Source: Auanema rhodensis
Taxonomy: Eukaryota > Animalia > Nematoda
Reading direction: 5' to 3'
DNA: 64,000 nucleotides
Assembly (NCBI GenBank): GCA_964057225.1
Contig: OZ059895.1
Coordinates: forward strand, 6,200,001 to 6,264,000
The position numbers and the translations under genes are program-made. Positions 23,877 to 35,910 of the stretch are shown here, piece by piece. The notes under the pieces are model-generated. The model was not told where the DNA came from. It ran no database searches and saw only the letters and a program-made list of their open reading frames with translations. Each line of letters opens with the position of its first letter. Position 1 is the first letter of the stretch.

Positions 23877-24424
23877 GTCTCACGTTTATTATTATGTTTG
23901 TAAATAAACATTGAATACCAGTATATTTTTTTTGGATTAATTAAGAGATAACATCCTTATGCCAAAATAGATAAAAGGGATGCAAAATGGATAACAACTT
24001 TCTATTGTATCAATAAAGAAGATAACCTCGGAGGTTGAGAATCAACGATTATTAAAGATATAGTAGTTGAACAACATATTGATTGATCAGTTGTTGAATA
24101 ATTTTCTACCGGCGATGCAATAAACTGTCGAAAAGGACTAGAATAAGAGAGAAAGACCGATAGGAGTAGACAACAACCTGAGGCAAGACTGTGTAGAAGA
24201 AAGAGAATATTCAAGATAGAGAGACCTGACCATGTATAAACATAGGAATAGACTACGGCGATAGTAGAAAGGCTGTGCGCTCTTTCTCTGCGCCTCCGTC
24301 ACAGTGTTGCTGTCGCTTTTCGCAGTCAAACATTTGGCCTTCTTTCAGGCATCTGTAGATCATCAACTTCAGTGACATCTCCTAGCTTTATTATTTGGAA
24401 TTCTGATAAGCAGTTCAAGTAAAT

Positions 24425-25496
24425 ATGGTTATTTATAATTTATAATAATATTCAAAATATTTTATAATTTTAGACAGAGTTTTTCTCACCTCAACAGATT
24501 GATGGTAAGCTTTTGATATATTATAATATTTTTACTATTAATATTGAATTCTTATAAAAAAATCTTACTTTTCATATGAAGTTTAATTCATTTCAAAATG
24601 ATTAAATAATAAATTTTTCTTTTTTCAATATTTTAATACAGCTTTATCGACTTAAATGACTAATATTTTCACGAACACATACAGTTAAAATCAAAAATCA
24701 ATTATCTTGTGTTCTCATATTTTAGTTTTAAACTATTTCAACTATATTGTATTCTAGAAAATACATCATAGAAAATATTTTCAAACATGTTTTTCCTAAA
24801 AGTATGCCTACTGTTTGTTTGGTTTTCTAAATTAGATGTCTATATTGAATGAGTCTTTCTTCTAAATTCTAGCTTTTCTCTCTATGAATGTAGTGACGAA
24901 AAGCTAAGAAGCTCGATGGTGTCACAAAATTCCTATTTTTAAAATTGAAAATCGTTTTAGAAATTCGAGAATGTTTTAATGTATACTGCCAAGACGGTAT
25001 AATTCGATCAGCACCCCAATTAAGATGTATTCTTCGTAGTTTGGGATATTCACCAACAGCATCAAAAACAGTTGATTACTTTAACAGCAAAAGTATAATT
25101 CTTATTAATTTAATTTATATTTTATATAAATAAGTTATAGGAAAGTTAATTGAATTCGATTCATTCTTAGAAATAGTAAAGCTTGAAGAAGGAAATACAG
25201 ATGCTCTTACAGAAGTTATTAAAGCTTTGAAAGGTTTAGACAGGTTTGTAATACGATATACAAACTCAATTTATGCACAATATTTCAAGAAGAGGAGCAA
25301 GAACTATAACTTCAGAAGAACTAAGATGTATACTATCCTCAATCGGTGAAAAAATGAATCGACAAGAAATTGACTTTGTGCTTCAACAGGTACAGCTTTA
25401 AGCTTTAATATGAAATCTAAACTTTATATTTTAAAGGTTGCTGTGAATGGAATAGTTCCTCATCAAAAGCTTATTCAATATATTTCTAAGCCTTAA
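24425..25496 (+). CDS. Calmodulin-like EF-hand protein (CALML4-like, degenerate EF hands)
   Basis: First exon codes only ATG; M/TEFFSPQQID/EIRECFNVY..LRCILRSLGYSPT..IEFDSFLEIV..ITSEELRCILSSIGEKMNRQEIDFVLQQ; TAA 25494-25496. Confidence 0.8.
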
Positions 25497-26187
25497 TTCT
25501 TATTACAATTATTAAAATCATTAAGCTATATAATGCAATATAATGCTAATTGTATACATTTTATAAATCAATAAACTATAACTAAATATTTCCTTTTACA
25601 AAATAAATTAAGATGATGGACACCTAAACGAAATACGATGATTTGATATTAAATCTAAATTAAATGATTATAGCTAATTGTGTGAATGTGTGTGCAGAAT
25701 CTTCAGCACAGAGGTGCTAGGGATAATCTTTTGTTTTGAAAGAAAATCATTTTTTTTGGAAATGACTGTACAGGTAATCCTTGTCAGTCGAAAATCCTCA
25801 ATGAATGATATACATATTCATGAATTTTATTTCAGATTTCTATTCTGTGTTATTTAATTAGTCAAAAGAAAACTTTTAAAGTTATTTTACAGTACCTGAA
25901 TATATAACAGTCGTTTACGTGAATGCTTTGCTTGCGCGGTAAATATACCATAAATATCCATTTTGAATATGGATGGCGCGTTGATTGGTTGCATAATTTG
26001 TAGCTTTAATATTTTTCTTTTTATTATAGAATAAAATTATACCGCATAGTTTGTCAATTTCCTGTTTATTATTTTGTGATAATAATGTATAAATAAGGTT
26101 TATTCAATATTACGATTATAAGTTAGTTTCGTAATATTGTACGCTTCATGTATATTTTTGAGTTTTTTTTTCAGTAATTGTAGACTG

Positions 26188-27016
26188 ATGCCCCGTAATG
26201 GAAACAAATCTAATGTATATCAGTTAATATTACAAGATTTGAAGAAGAGAGATCATGAAAGCTTGTCTGCACGTCTGAAAAATATTGAAAAGAGTGATTG
26301 GCCAGTAGAGCTACTGATACCTTTCATATTGCAAAGCATTTTACGCCGTCGTGATTGGGATTTGGAATCAGTTCGTTATATCGTTAAATCTTTCCAGTTA
26401 GTTTTATATAATAATAATAATTCTTTATTGATCTTATATAGTCTATTTTCTCAACTTCGTTGTTTGTCGTTAGTAGACCGTTGTTTTTGTTTGGAGATTT
26501 ATCGTTTAGCAATATTTGTGGTAAGGATTTATTATATCTCATTTCTCGATATATGTATTTATATTAAAATTTATTAAATTCATTACTATTCTAGGAAGCT
26601 GTTACTTTGATTTCTAATTTTTCATCCCCAAGTGAGGATGATCGCTTACGGCTTTCTGATGACGTAATGCGACTACTTCGTTTGTTACTGGTGAGATTTT
26701 TTTTCTTCTTTTGTTACATAATAAGCATCATATATATTTCAAAATAACCAACAGAAGTTTCGATTATGAGAAAGTGCATTAATGAATTTTGCAGGATAAA
26801 AGAAATACTGAGAAACGCTATGTCCGTCAATTAACTTATTTGGAAGCTGTATGTGAACGACGAGAAAGATTAAAAAAATTCAATGCTAAGTGAGTGCTTT
26901 GATCTCATGATTAACTATTCATTTTTGCTAGATCAAGCCGTTATCTAAGAAACTTAATAACAAAACTCAAAGGCAAAGCAATACCATTAATCCGTCGTTT
27001 CATAAAAGATATGTAA
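26188..27016 (+). CDS. Uncharacterised small basic helical protein (~5 exons)
   Basis: Phase-consistent model MPRNGNKSNVYQLILQDLKK..DWPVELLIPFILQSILRRRDWD../LFSQLRCLSLVDRCFC../EAVTLISNF../DKRNTEKRYVRQL../SSRYLRNLI..FIKDM*; acceptor just upstream of the ATG. Confidence 0.65.
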
Positions 27017-27864
27017 ATACTATGTAAGTTTTTTATACGTATTAATTTTTCATATTATATTTTTATATTGAAATACAATTCATATTAAATTTTATAAAAT
27101 TTATTATGTTTATGTTAATCACCAAAATTCGATATGTAAACAACAGGCTCGATGAAAATAAGAGCTAAGAGCGAAAGATCTGCTGGGGCTTCTTCGTTTG
27201 ATGACGGTCTGTTGAAATGCAGACAATAGGGTGACAAGAGACAACCGAATCTATGCCTATACTGAGATGAGAAGGAGCATTTTGATGAGAAATAGATATT
27301 CGCAAGCAGATTAATAGAAGGGTGAGATCTCTTTCTGAGACTTCTTGGCTTTGGACCTAGGATTTAATTCTAATAGCTCTGCTTGAACTACAAATCTGTT
27401 GTAAGTTAATAGTTCATAGATATTAAAAATTTAAGAGAATATGTCTTAAGAACTGAAAAAAGTGTCGGAGGTAAGCGATATGTAACCTAGTCCTCCTACC
27501 TCCTGTAGACTATGTTAACAACAAAGAGATGACATCTATGCGATCACAAGAGTTGACAGGCAAAAGGTGATTACCAGAGATTTTCAAAATGTAGATGAAG
27601 TTGATTACAAGTTTAATTACAATCAAAACGAGTTTTCCCGTATTGCAAGAGGGTCCGATAAATATGAGGAGAGGTAAGTGGAATTTCATAGGAACATTTA
27701 ATGCATACAAAAATCTATGTGGAATATAAAACGATTAATCATTAGAAATGAATAACCAAAACATATTGATAAAAAAACTGACGGGTCTTATAAAATAAAC
27801 AAAAATGCAAAAACAATTGATTTCAATTTAATACATAAATATCAAATATTATTAATTGATGGAT

Positions 27865-30714
27865 CTACCATCCATGAAGAAAAAAATCTGTAAAAACTGT
27901 ATCCGAAAAAATGTTTGTCTCCTTCAAATATTGTATAAAAGAGACAACCTGAGAAGAAAGTCTCTGAAAAACAGAACATATGCTTTTCTACTTTTATTTT
28001 AGAAACTTACAGTCACAGAAGTAATAAGCATGAGGAGATGAGCAAAGCGAGCCGTTGCTCCTTCAGGAGGAAGACGGCCTTGCACATGTGCGAAAAGTGC
28101 TCGTTGTACAGCTTCTCGTCCGCCTGTAATTCAAGCAACGTTAATATATTCAAACTTGTATTTGAACTTACTCTTCAAAAGTTCAATGCTATCTTGACTT
28201 AGGCCGGGTGCATTAGGATCAAGAACCATAATAGCTTTAACGGCCGCTAGTTCTGAGGAAGTTATACGCAGCCGGCGGAGTTGATTTACTAACTGATCGA
28301 GGAAATTGCGACGAAGAGAGCTGAAATTTCAGAAATTAAATTGTTTTTTCTATTTACTATTTCTATTCACCTTATTTTATCTTCCATGATAACACGAGAT
28401 TTATCATCGCCTTCTTCAGGGGAGAAAAAGGCTTGACTGCCAGAAATAATATGACCAGACGGCAAGAAGATATCATCAGAATCTGTGTGTTGTGCAGATT
28501 GAAATCCAACCTCCAATATCATAAAAGGACACAAATATTGTCTGATAATAGCCATCTGAAAATTAAAAAGCTTTAATTGAAAAAAAGGAGAAAGCAATTG
28601 TACCTTATCTGATACATTCACATCAGCTAAAGGCCTTAAGGTGGTTACATAATCTAGCTTTAGCACACATAACCTCAGAACATCATCTTTTAATTTGCTA
28701 AGAGAGGCTGGACCCATTTTACCATCGAAAGAAACCTATAAATATGATATAATATACAATATAAATAGCATAATAATACAAATTATAAATAAATTTGAAC
28801 ATGAAAGTGGCGTTTCATTTTTATTTCAAATAAAGCATTAATCGGTTGTATCTAATGAATTTTTATATTTTATATTTATATTAAACTTACAGTTGTGCGG
28901 GAATAGACTGTTGAAGGCTTTTGTACAGCAGTTTCCATATTTTGATACGGCGTACTAATTTCAGCCTTAAAATATTTAAATGGTAATATTTCATATAATA
29001 TATAATAGTTTATTCACCTTCATATCTTTACAGATAGTTTCAATTTCCAATAAAGTATTCATGATAGTTTGATCAATAGGTGATATGGATATATCACCAG
29101 CACCAACATTGCTAATTGGTGTTGATTCCTATAATGGATACTAATGAATTATGAAATTTCAATTAATCATTTATCAATAGAGCAACAACTCACTCTGCCA
29201 TCAGAATGCCTATCGCTGATTGTGGGATAATTGCGGTTCGTTGAGTATTGCGACTTTCTTGGATTTCGCTGTCTTCCAGTTTTATCACGATCTGGTTGAA
29301 TAGCTGAAACGATTTTGATTGCATCAGATCAAAATATAAATTTTTATCATCATGACTATGATGTCATGATCTTATTGCAAAATGAAGAAAGATATAAATA
29401 AATACATACCAGCTGGATCCATTCCAACGTAAAGGCATTTCTCGAAACGGCAAGCTCTACAGCAATTTCTATCATCTGAAAAGAAAAAAACCGTACAATG
29501 TGATTGGATCAAAAAGAAAAATAAATGGACTTACTTTGATCAATCACACAATTTCTCTCATGACGACAAACATAATTTTTTCCTCCTTGAACAGATCGCC
29601 GGAAGAATCCTTTGCATCCGAAACAAGCCATGACACCATAGTGACGACCATTGGCAGAGCATCCGCATACCCAACTGAAAAGATATTTCTTTGATAAAAA
29701 TGAACGAATTACTTAAATATAAAGATATAGTAAAGAAATATGTAATAAGCTAATCAAGTTTGTTTGGTTAAAAAGCCCAAGTATGACCGTTAGTTCATAT
29801 TTTTAATATTAATTATAATTATAAATTATTTTATAGTTTAAACTTAATTATAATAAGGAAAATATAGTTTTGAATAACGGTTTCAAATATAATTGCGTAT
29901 TCTTAAGTCCCCAGTCCATTGTCCTCTTAGCTTTATCTTCCTGTGATGTTCTTTCTCAACCCTTTGCTTGTCTTATTATCTGAGCCAAATAAGTTCATTA
30001 AGAGAGATTGAATTTTCTTGCTTCACGCTCAAGGCCGACTTTGGCTCTCTTAATCCGTCAGGATATCCGATACAGCACCGGTTCTTACTAAATCCGTCTG
30101 TCTACACACTTATTCTGTCTCCACGACAATATATTTGTTGTCTTTTTAATAGAATAATAGACAAACGACATCAAGACAATCCCTCTTTCCTATCCCCAAA
30201 TGACCAGGTGTATGTATTCCGAGAGTTCAAAAGATCAATCCTATTCAATCTTTCTCACCCTTTTATTACAAATAGGGTCAAACTACATAATATTATAAGA
30301 ATCTAATAGCATAAAGAGCATCAACATATATTTGAATATGCTTCATATTACAATTCAAAGTACTTTCTTCTTTTCTTTTTCTTTTTTTTTATTGAAAATA
30401 CTTTATTATAAAGCTATGATGAGAGTAGTGAAGCATTATTAACTAATGTTTTTACATAATCTTATATAGAAAGTATAAGATAATCTATATGAAATAGTTT
30501 AAATGAAACAAGAGAAAGTTCAAAATCATATCGTGTTCTTTGAAAATTATCTCGTTGTCTTCAGATTACTGTTATAATCACAGTAAATATGTGATATCAT
30601 GATTCTATATCCAATTTTGCTTTCCTTTTACATTTATCTTTTAGCTAGATTTCTCATGAGAGCTCGTTTTGATACATTAAAAATCATAAACACATTCGAT
30701 ATGACTGTCTACAT

Positions 30715-30763
<49 letters not shown>

Positions 30764-32888
30764 GGTCTTCATGTTCAGAGAACATTTTGATTTTCAATGC
30801 TATTATTCTGCCAGAGAATCTAGAGAAATCTGACATGAAAAGACAATAATCGTATATACTATACTATACAAACTGTATAATATGAATAAGAGATCAAAGA
30901 TGGTTTTCAATGTATATTAAACGATTTTCATTAGATTCGTGTAAGATGAGGCCATTAAAACACTAATGATCAGTTGTATTTTGAACTGAATTTGGATAGT
31001 TATATATCTGTTTTGTTGCTGACTGAGGATAAAGATGAATCTTATCGTGGTAATAACCCGATTTTGTTATTTGAATCCATTTCAACCAGCATGATCATGT
31101 CTATTTACACATTGCTTATGAAGATCATTATGATCATGATCAAAACTACAATCATCATTTCGAGGACAAGCATTAGCTTCATATCTTTGTTGATCATCAT
31201 CAGACCACATGATGATTACAGTCATCTGAATAAATCCACTGTAACATCTATTTGATTCAGTCATGTTTCATCTGTATCCACATGATTATGTACATCATTA
31301 GGCTGACATTGTACTAAGACAAGACATTTACAAGACTAAAAGACCATGCATGATAAGTCGACTTTTCCAGAATAATCGACGACTGTCCTAGCTCTTCTGA
31401 TCTATTTAGATACTTCCTCATTCCGTAGCATGTTTCTCATACGACCAGAAACTGTTTATAATCTTTGTATGTTTCATGAACATGACCAACTCTATAGTCT
31501 GAATGATCTCAGATCAATGATCACAATACAGACTTTCGTTCCTATGCTGTTTCTTCTGTTTTCCCTTATATTTCTTCAACATCTTGTCTTCTTCGTCATC
31601 CGCTGCATTATCTCTGGGCTTTAACTTCTTTTCTTTTACCACCCCTTCGCTCTCTTTTCCTTTGCGCTTTTCTTCCAACAATTGAAGGCTTTTGTCATCG
31701 TTGCAGACCAAAATCCAATGAAACAAAGACACAAAGATAGTGATTTTTATCTGCTTTTCGTTCTTTTATGATATTTGGTGACAAGAATACACATGAACAT
31801 AATTAGCTATCAAGGATAACTCTATTAACCGGTGATATGGAGCTGTACGAACAACAATGTGACGAAATACCCTTAAATAATCCTGATAACAGATGTGCAC
31901 ACCAAGAGCAAAAGCAAAAACACCAAGATACAGAGTTCTACATCAAAACGATATTGTTATCATCATATGAGGCACATGCTCAACTATGTTATAATCTACA
32001 CATGTCCCCCCCCCCCTCAATCGCTTTGCTCATGATCTCTTTTATACAATATTTTCTGTATCTCTGTCTCTCTCTCTTTCTCTCCATTCTCGAATATTAC
32101 CGCAGAGAAATTCCAGAAACCATTTCCGTTTGTACTGTTGTTTCTATTGACAAATGATCTTTCGCAAAGATCAGACTACAATATTTAACATAGAATACAG
32201 AAAACTTTGATTGAGCTCCACATCATCCCTATCTCTTTCTCTTTTTTTCTCTTTCTCTCTCTCTCTCTCTCTCACTCATTGGATTTTCTCGTTTTCTTGT
32301 GAAAATATTTTTTCAAAGAACTAGTTGCGCAAAATAGAAACATGAAGAATAAAACATTGATGTTCTGAACAACTTCAAGTCCAACTTCTAAAGTTTGTCT
32401 TTTGTTCCAATACATTATTCATCACATCATGATCATAAATGATTTTTTTGATTCTAAATTCTTAGTAACTAAGCCATGTAATTCGAAGAAGATGAGCTTA
32501 TAGCTTTCTTCTTATTAGAAAAGCACTTGAAACGTGCAAATTTGAAACAAAAAATGTTAAAACAATCTGTTATAAAACCAAAAACCGAAATACAGAATTA
32601 TAGAAAACCTAATGGAGTGACATTATATTAACAAATTCATCTCAATATTTCAGGTTTATGACTAAAAATAGAAAAAACTTGAAGGAAATCATGAAATTGA
32701 CAATGTCGTACAGTGCTCAAACATATCGCTTGTCGCTTGTATAGAATAAGTGACATCATATTCGAAACTACTAGAATTTGAAGTTTACCGATAGATTTGT
32801 TCTCATCCTTGTCTACGCAATCATTTTCAACTTAAAAAAGAACGAGAGGGAGGTATAGAGAGAAAGAGAGAGAAAGAGAAAGAGAGAG

Positions 32889-32927
<39 letters not shown>

Positions 32928-35879
32928 CAAAGTAAGCATTGGACCTCAATGAACGTTTGTGGTTTAAGCTGCAAAGGGCAAACCTAGAAAATATACTTTG
33001 ACCTCTTATACTATGATGTTCAACTGACGAACTGTTTCATTTGCTTTTTGAAGCCTTAAAAAACGAACCAGCCGTTATCTTACAAATTCGTTTTTATGTG
33101 GCTTCTGATGGATTGGGTCGATTAATACAGAAGGTGGTATCAAAATTCGCTGTTATCATATCTTTTTCGTCTATTTATGGAAGCGAGAGACAATTCTGAA
33201 GTTTCTTTTATAAATTTTCAGATCAATTTTTGCAGAAAATTGGCAAGAGCATTACTTATAGATCTTTAAATTCATATAAGTCTTTTCAAGAGAGCAGAAA
33301 AAAAAAAGAAAAAAACTATCCGTGTATGATGTCATCTGAAGTTTTTTCTGTCATTTTCTTTCTTCTTCATCTTCACGTCTTTCACTTTTTTTTCAAGTAT
33401 CTTCTTCTTCTTCTCATCGCTTATTCAAAATCTGATTCGTTCGTTCGAGTATTTCAGATGCGAAAAGATTCATCGTCATCGCTGTCTGGCTTCTTTTCAA
33501 ACATTTTCATTTATTTGGAACAAAAAATTCATTCGACATCATGACATGAATAACGCGGAAGAAGCTATAAATCGACTTCCGATAAATCAGGCTGGACATT
33601 AGATAATGACGTGGGTGGCTATATGAAGTTCGTCCACCCCCACTGTCATGTCTTCTTCGCTCTTCTTATCTTACTCTCAATGCCTGTTCGCCTTTTTTTC
33701 TGTTTCCTTGTTCTGAGACGAGGACGACAACACCGACTATGGGTGACGAAAACGAGGAGAGAAGGTTCCGTGTCGTTGGTGTGAAAGCGGTTCCATAAAT
33801 CTCTTCGGGCAATTCTTTATGAATATAGATAGTATCGGTCTCCCGAGAATATCATACCAACAGCTGTTCTAAGGCTCATATTCCAAGCTTAATAGATTAA
33901 ACTTTATTAATCCAAGAGGTAGCGAAAAACAAAATGCAATAACATAGCAAGTGATATGAAGCTTCAAATGTAAATGAAGCACTGCTACTGCTCACTCTCT
34001 CTCTCTCTCTTTTCCCCAAATACATACCCAGACAGTTGCAAATTCAGTTAATGATTCACACAAAGTACTTTCGTTCAATAACCTTATTCTAGCTCTTTCC
34101 GGTTTCTTCATACCCTCCATTTTTGGAGCACAAAGAGTATTATAAGAAGAAATAAGAGCAAGAAACAAATTTCATCAGATCGCAGATTAAGAGCTGGTTT
34201 AGACGAGGAATTGTCCTTTCTACTTTTCAAATGGCACGTATACTCCTTTCGGCCAATTATGCTACGGGCTGTCACGTCATATGGCCTTCCTATTCAGAAT
34301 CTAATGATCTGATTCTGCTTTACGTTCATGCAGAAGAAGTATATGAGAAGAAGATGAAAAAAAGGTAAATTCGGTAGTGATCATTGTATTTCATTCATCA
34401 TCAACATCGTATTCTAAAAGCAAAGATATTGTTCGATCATTCGGCTTCGTTAACGAAGACAGGAGAAGTCTTTAAGCAATTCGCTTACATGTTCAATATA
34501 TAGAAAAAAGATATTTTTATCTTTCTCTCAGATATAATATCATATTTGAACTAGAGAATGACGTCAAGAAGACGAAGAACATTTCTCATACAGTGCTTCT
34601 ATAATGACCGATACTGATGCTTGCCTCCACCAGTCGCACGTAGGCACATCATCACCAAAACCGCCATCACACTACCATCACCTATTTCATCTCTCTTCTA
34701 ATACTTTTTTTCCCTTCAATCTCTCGTTTCTTCTACTATTATCAAAACTGATCGTTTTATTGGATTCTTGGTCAAGTCATTTGTCATTTCCATAGTTCAA
34801 GAAACATCTACAAACTACAAATTTCTTATCATGATCAGCATCCCTTATACCTCTCTCTCTCTCTCTCTCTCTGAATGTTGTGATTCTTCTGAACAACAAA
34901 AAAATAATTTCTCATACTACAAATGCCTTTACTATCAGTGTATTATAAAAACTTTTAACTAAATCATTCACGTCCGACCGATACAACTACCACCATCATC
35001 CTCACAAAATCGGAGTCATGATCATGCATCTGGTTTCTATCTTTACGCATCCGATTTGACCGAAAACGACAGATCATCACGATCGTATGACATGGTAGCT
35101 ATGCAGTCATATGTTCTTCATTTCACTTTCTCTATGAGTCCATAACTCTCTACAAGTTTTCATCTCTCTCTCTTTCTCTCTCTATCTCTGATTCGCCGTC
35201 TTCGTTCTTCCTCTTCATATATGATCATACTTTTTGATCATTTACTATACTACATATAATATCTATTTTCTATCTATTTTATTCAGAAAAAACATTAATA
35301 GTTATGATGTTTGATTCTTGAAAAAAACATATTTCTCGTTTTAATTTACGTGAATAGACCATCATCCGTCACGAATTCGCCTGCCTCATCCAGCGCACTA
35401 TCCCAAAAATCCGTAATTTTGTATTTTATTACCCCATAATATATAATTTATAATTAGTTAGTTAGTTATATAAAGCAAATAAAGAATTAGTGAAGTCTGT
35501 CAAGATTTAATTAATTTCATTTTCTTATGATTAAACTATAAACTAAAACTGATCTTTGAAATAGACAACAGTATAAACACTTTACACTATGCTACCAATA
35601 AAGGGAAAAAGAAAGATATAGATGAAGCTGAGAATATAATTTCTCTTTTGAGTTCAAAAAAAAAAGAAAAAAAAAGGAAATGTAAACGATTAGATTAAGC
35701 AGCAGATGATGAAAGATATACAGTTTGATCTTTAAGATGTTTAAACTCAAAAACTGTATGTATATCAACATTTGCCTTCAACAGTAGTCTGTTCTTCTAT
35801 TCAAATTCTATTCTTCCTAATCTCCCTCTACATATGAACCTCTGTTACTGCTTGTAAGCATAAGAAGCATAATGATTAT

Positions 35880-35910
<31 letters not shown>

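Noticed and set aside
27100-27800. Possible small gene between the orphan gene and the receptor (ORF 27510-27710)
   Set aside because: No consistent exon chain; likely 3' UTRs of the two convergent genes.
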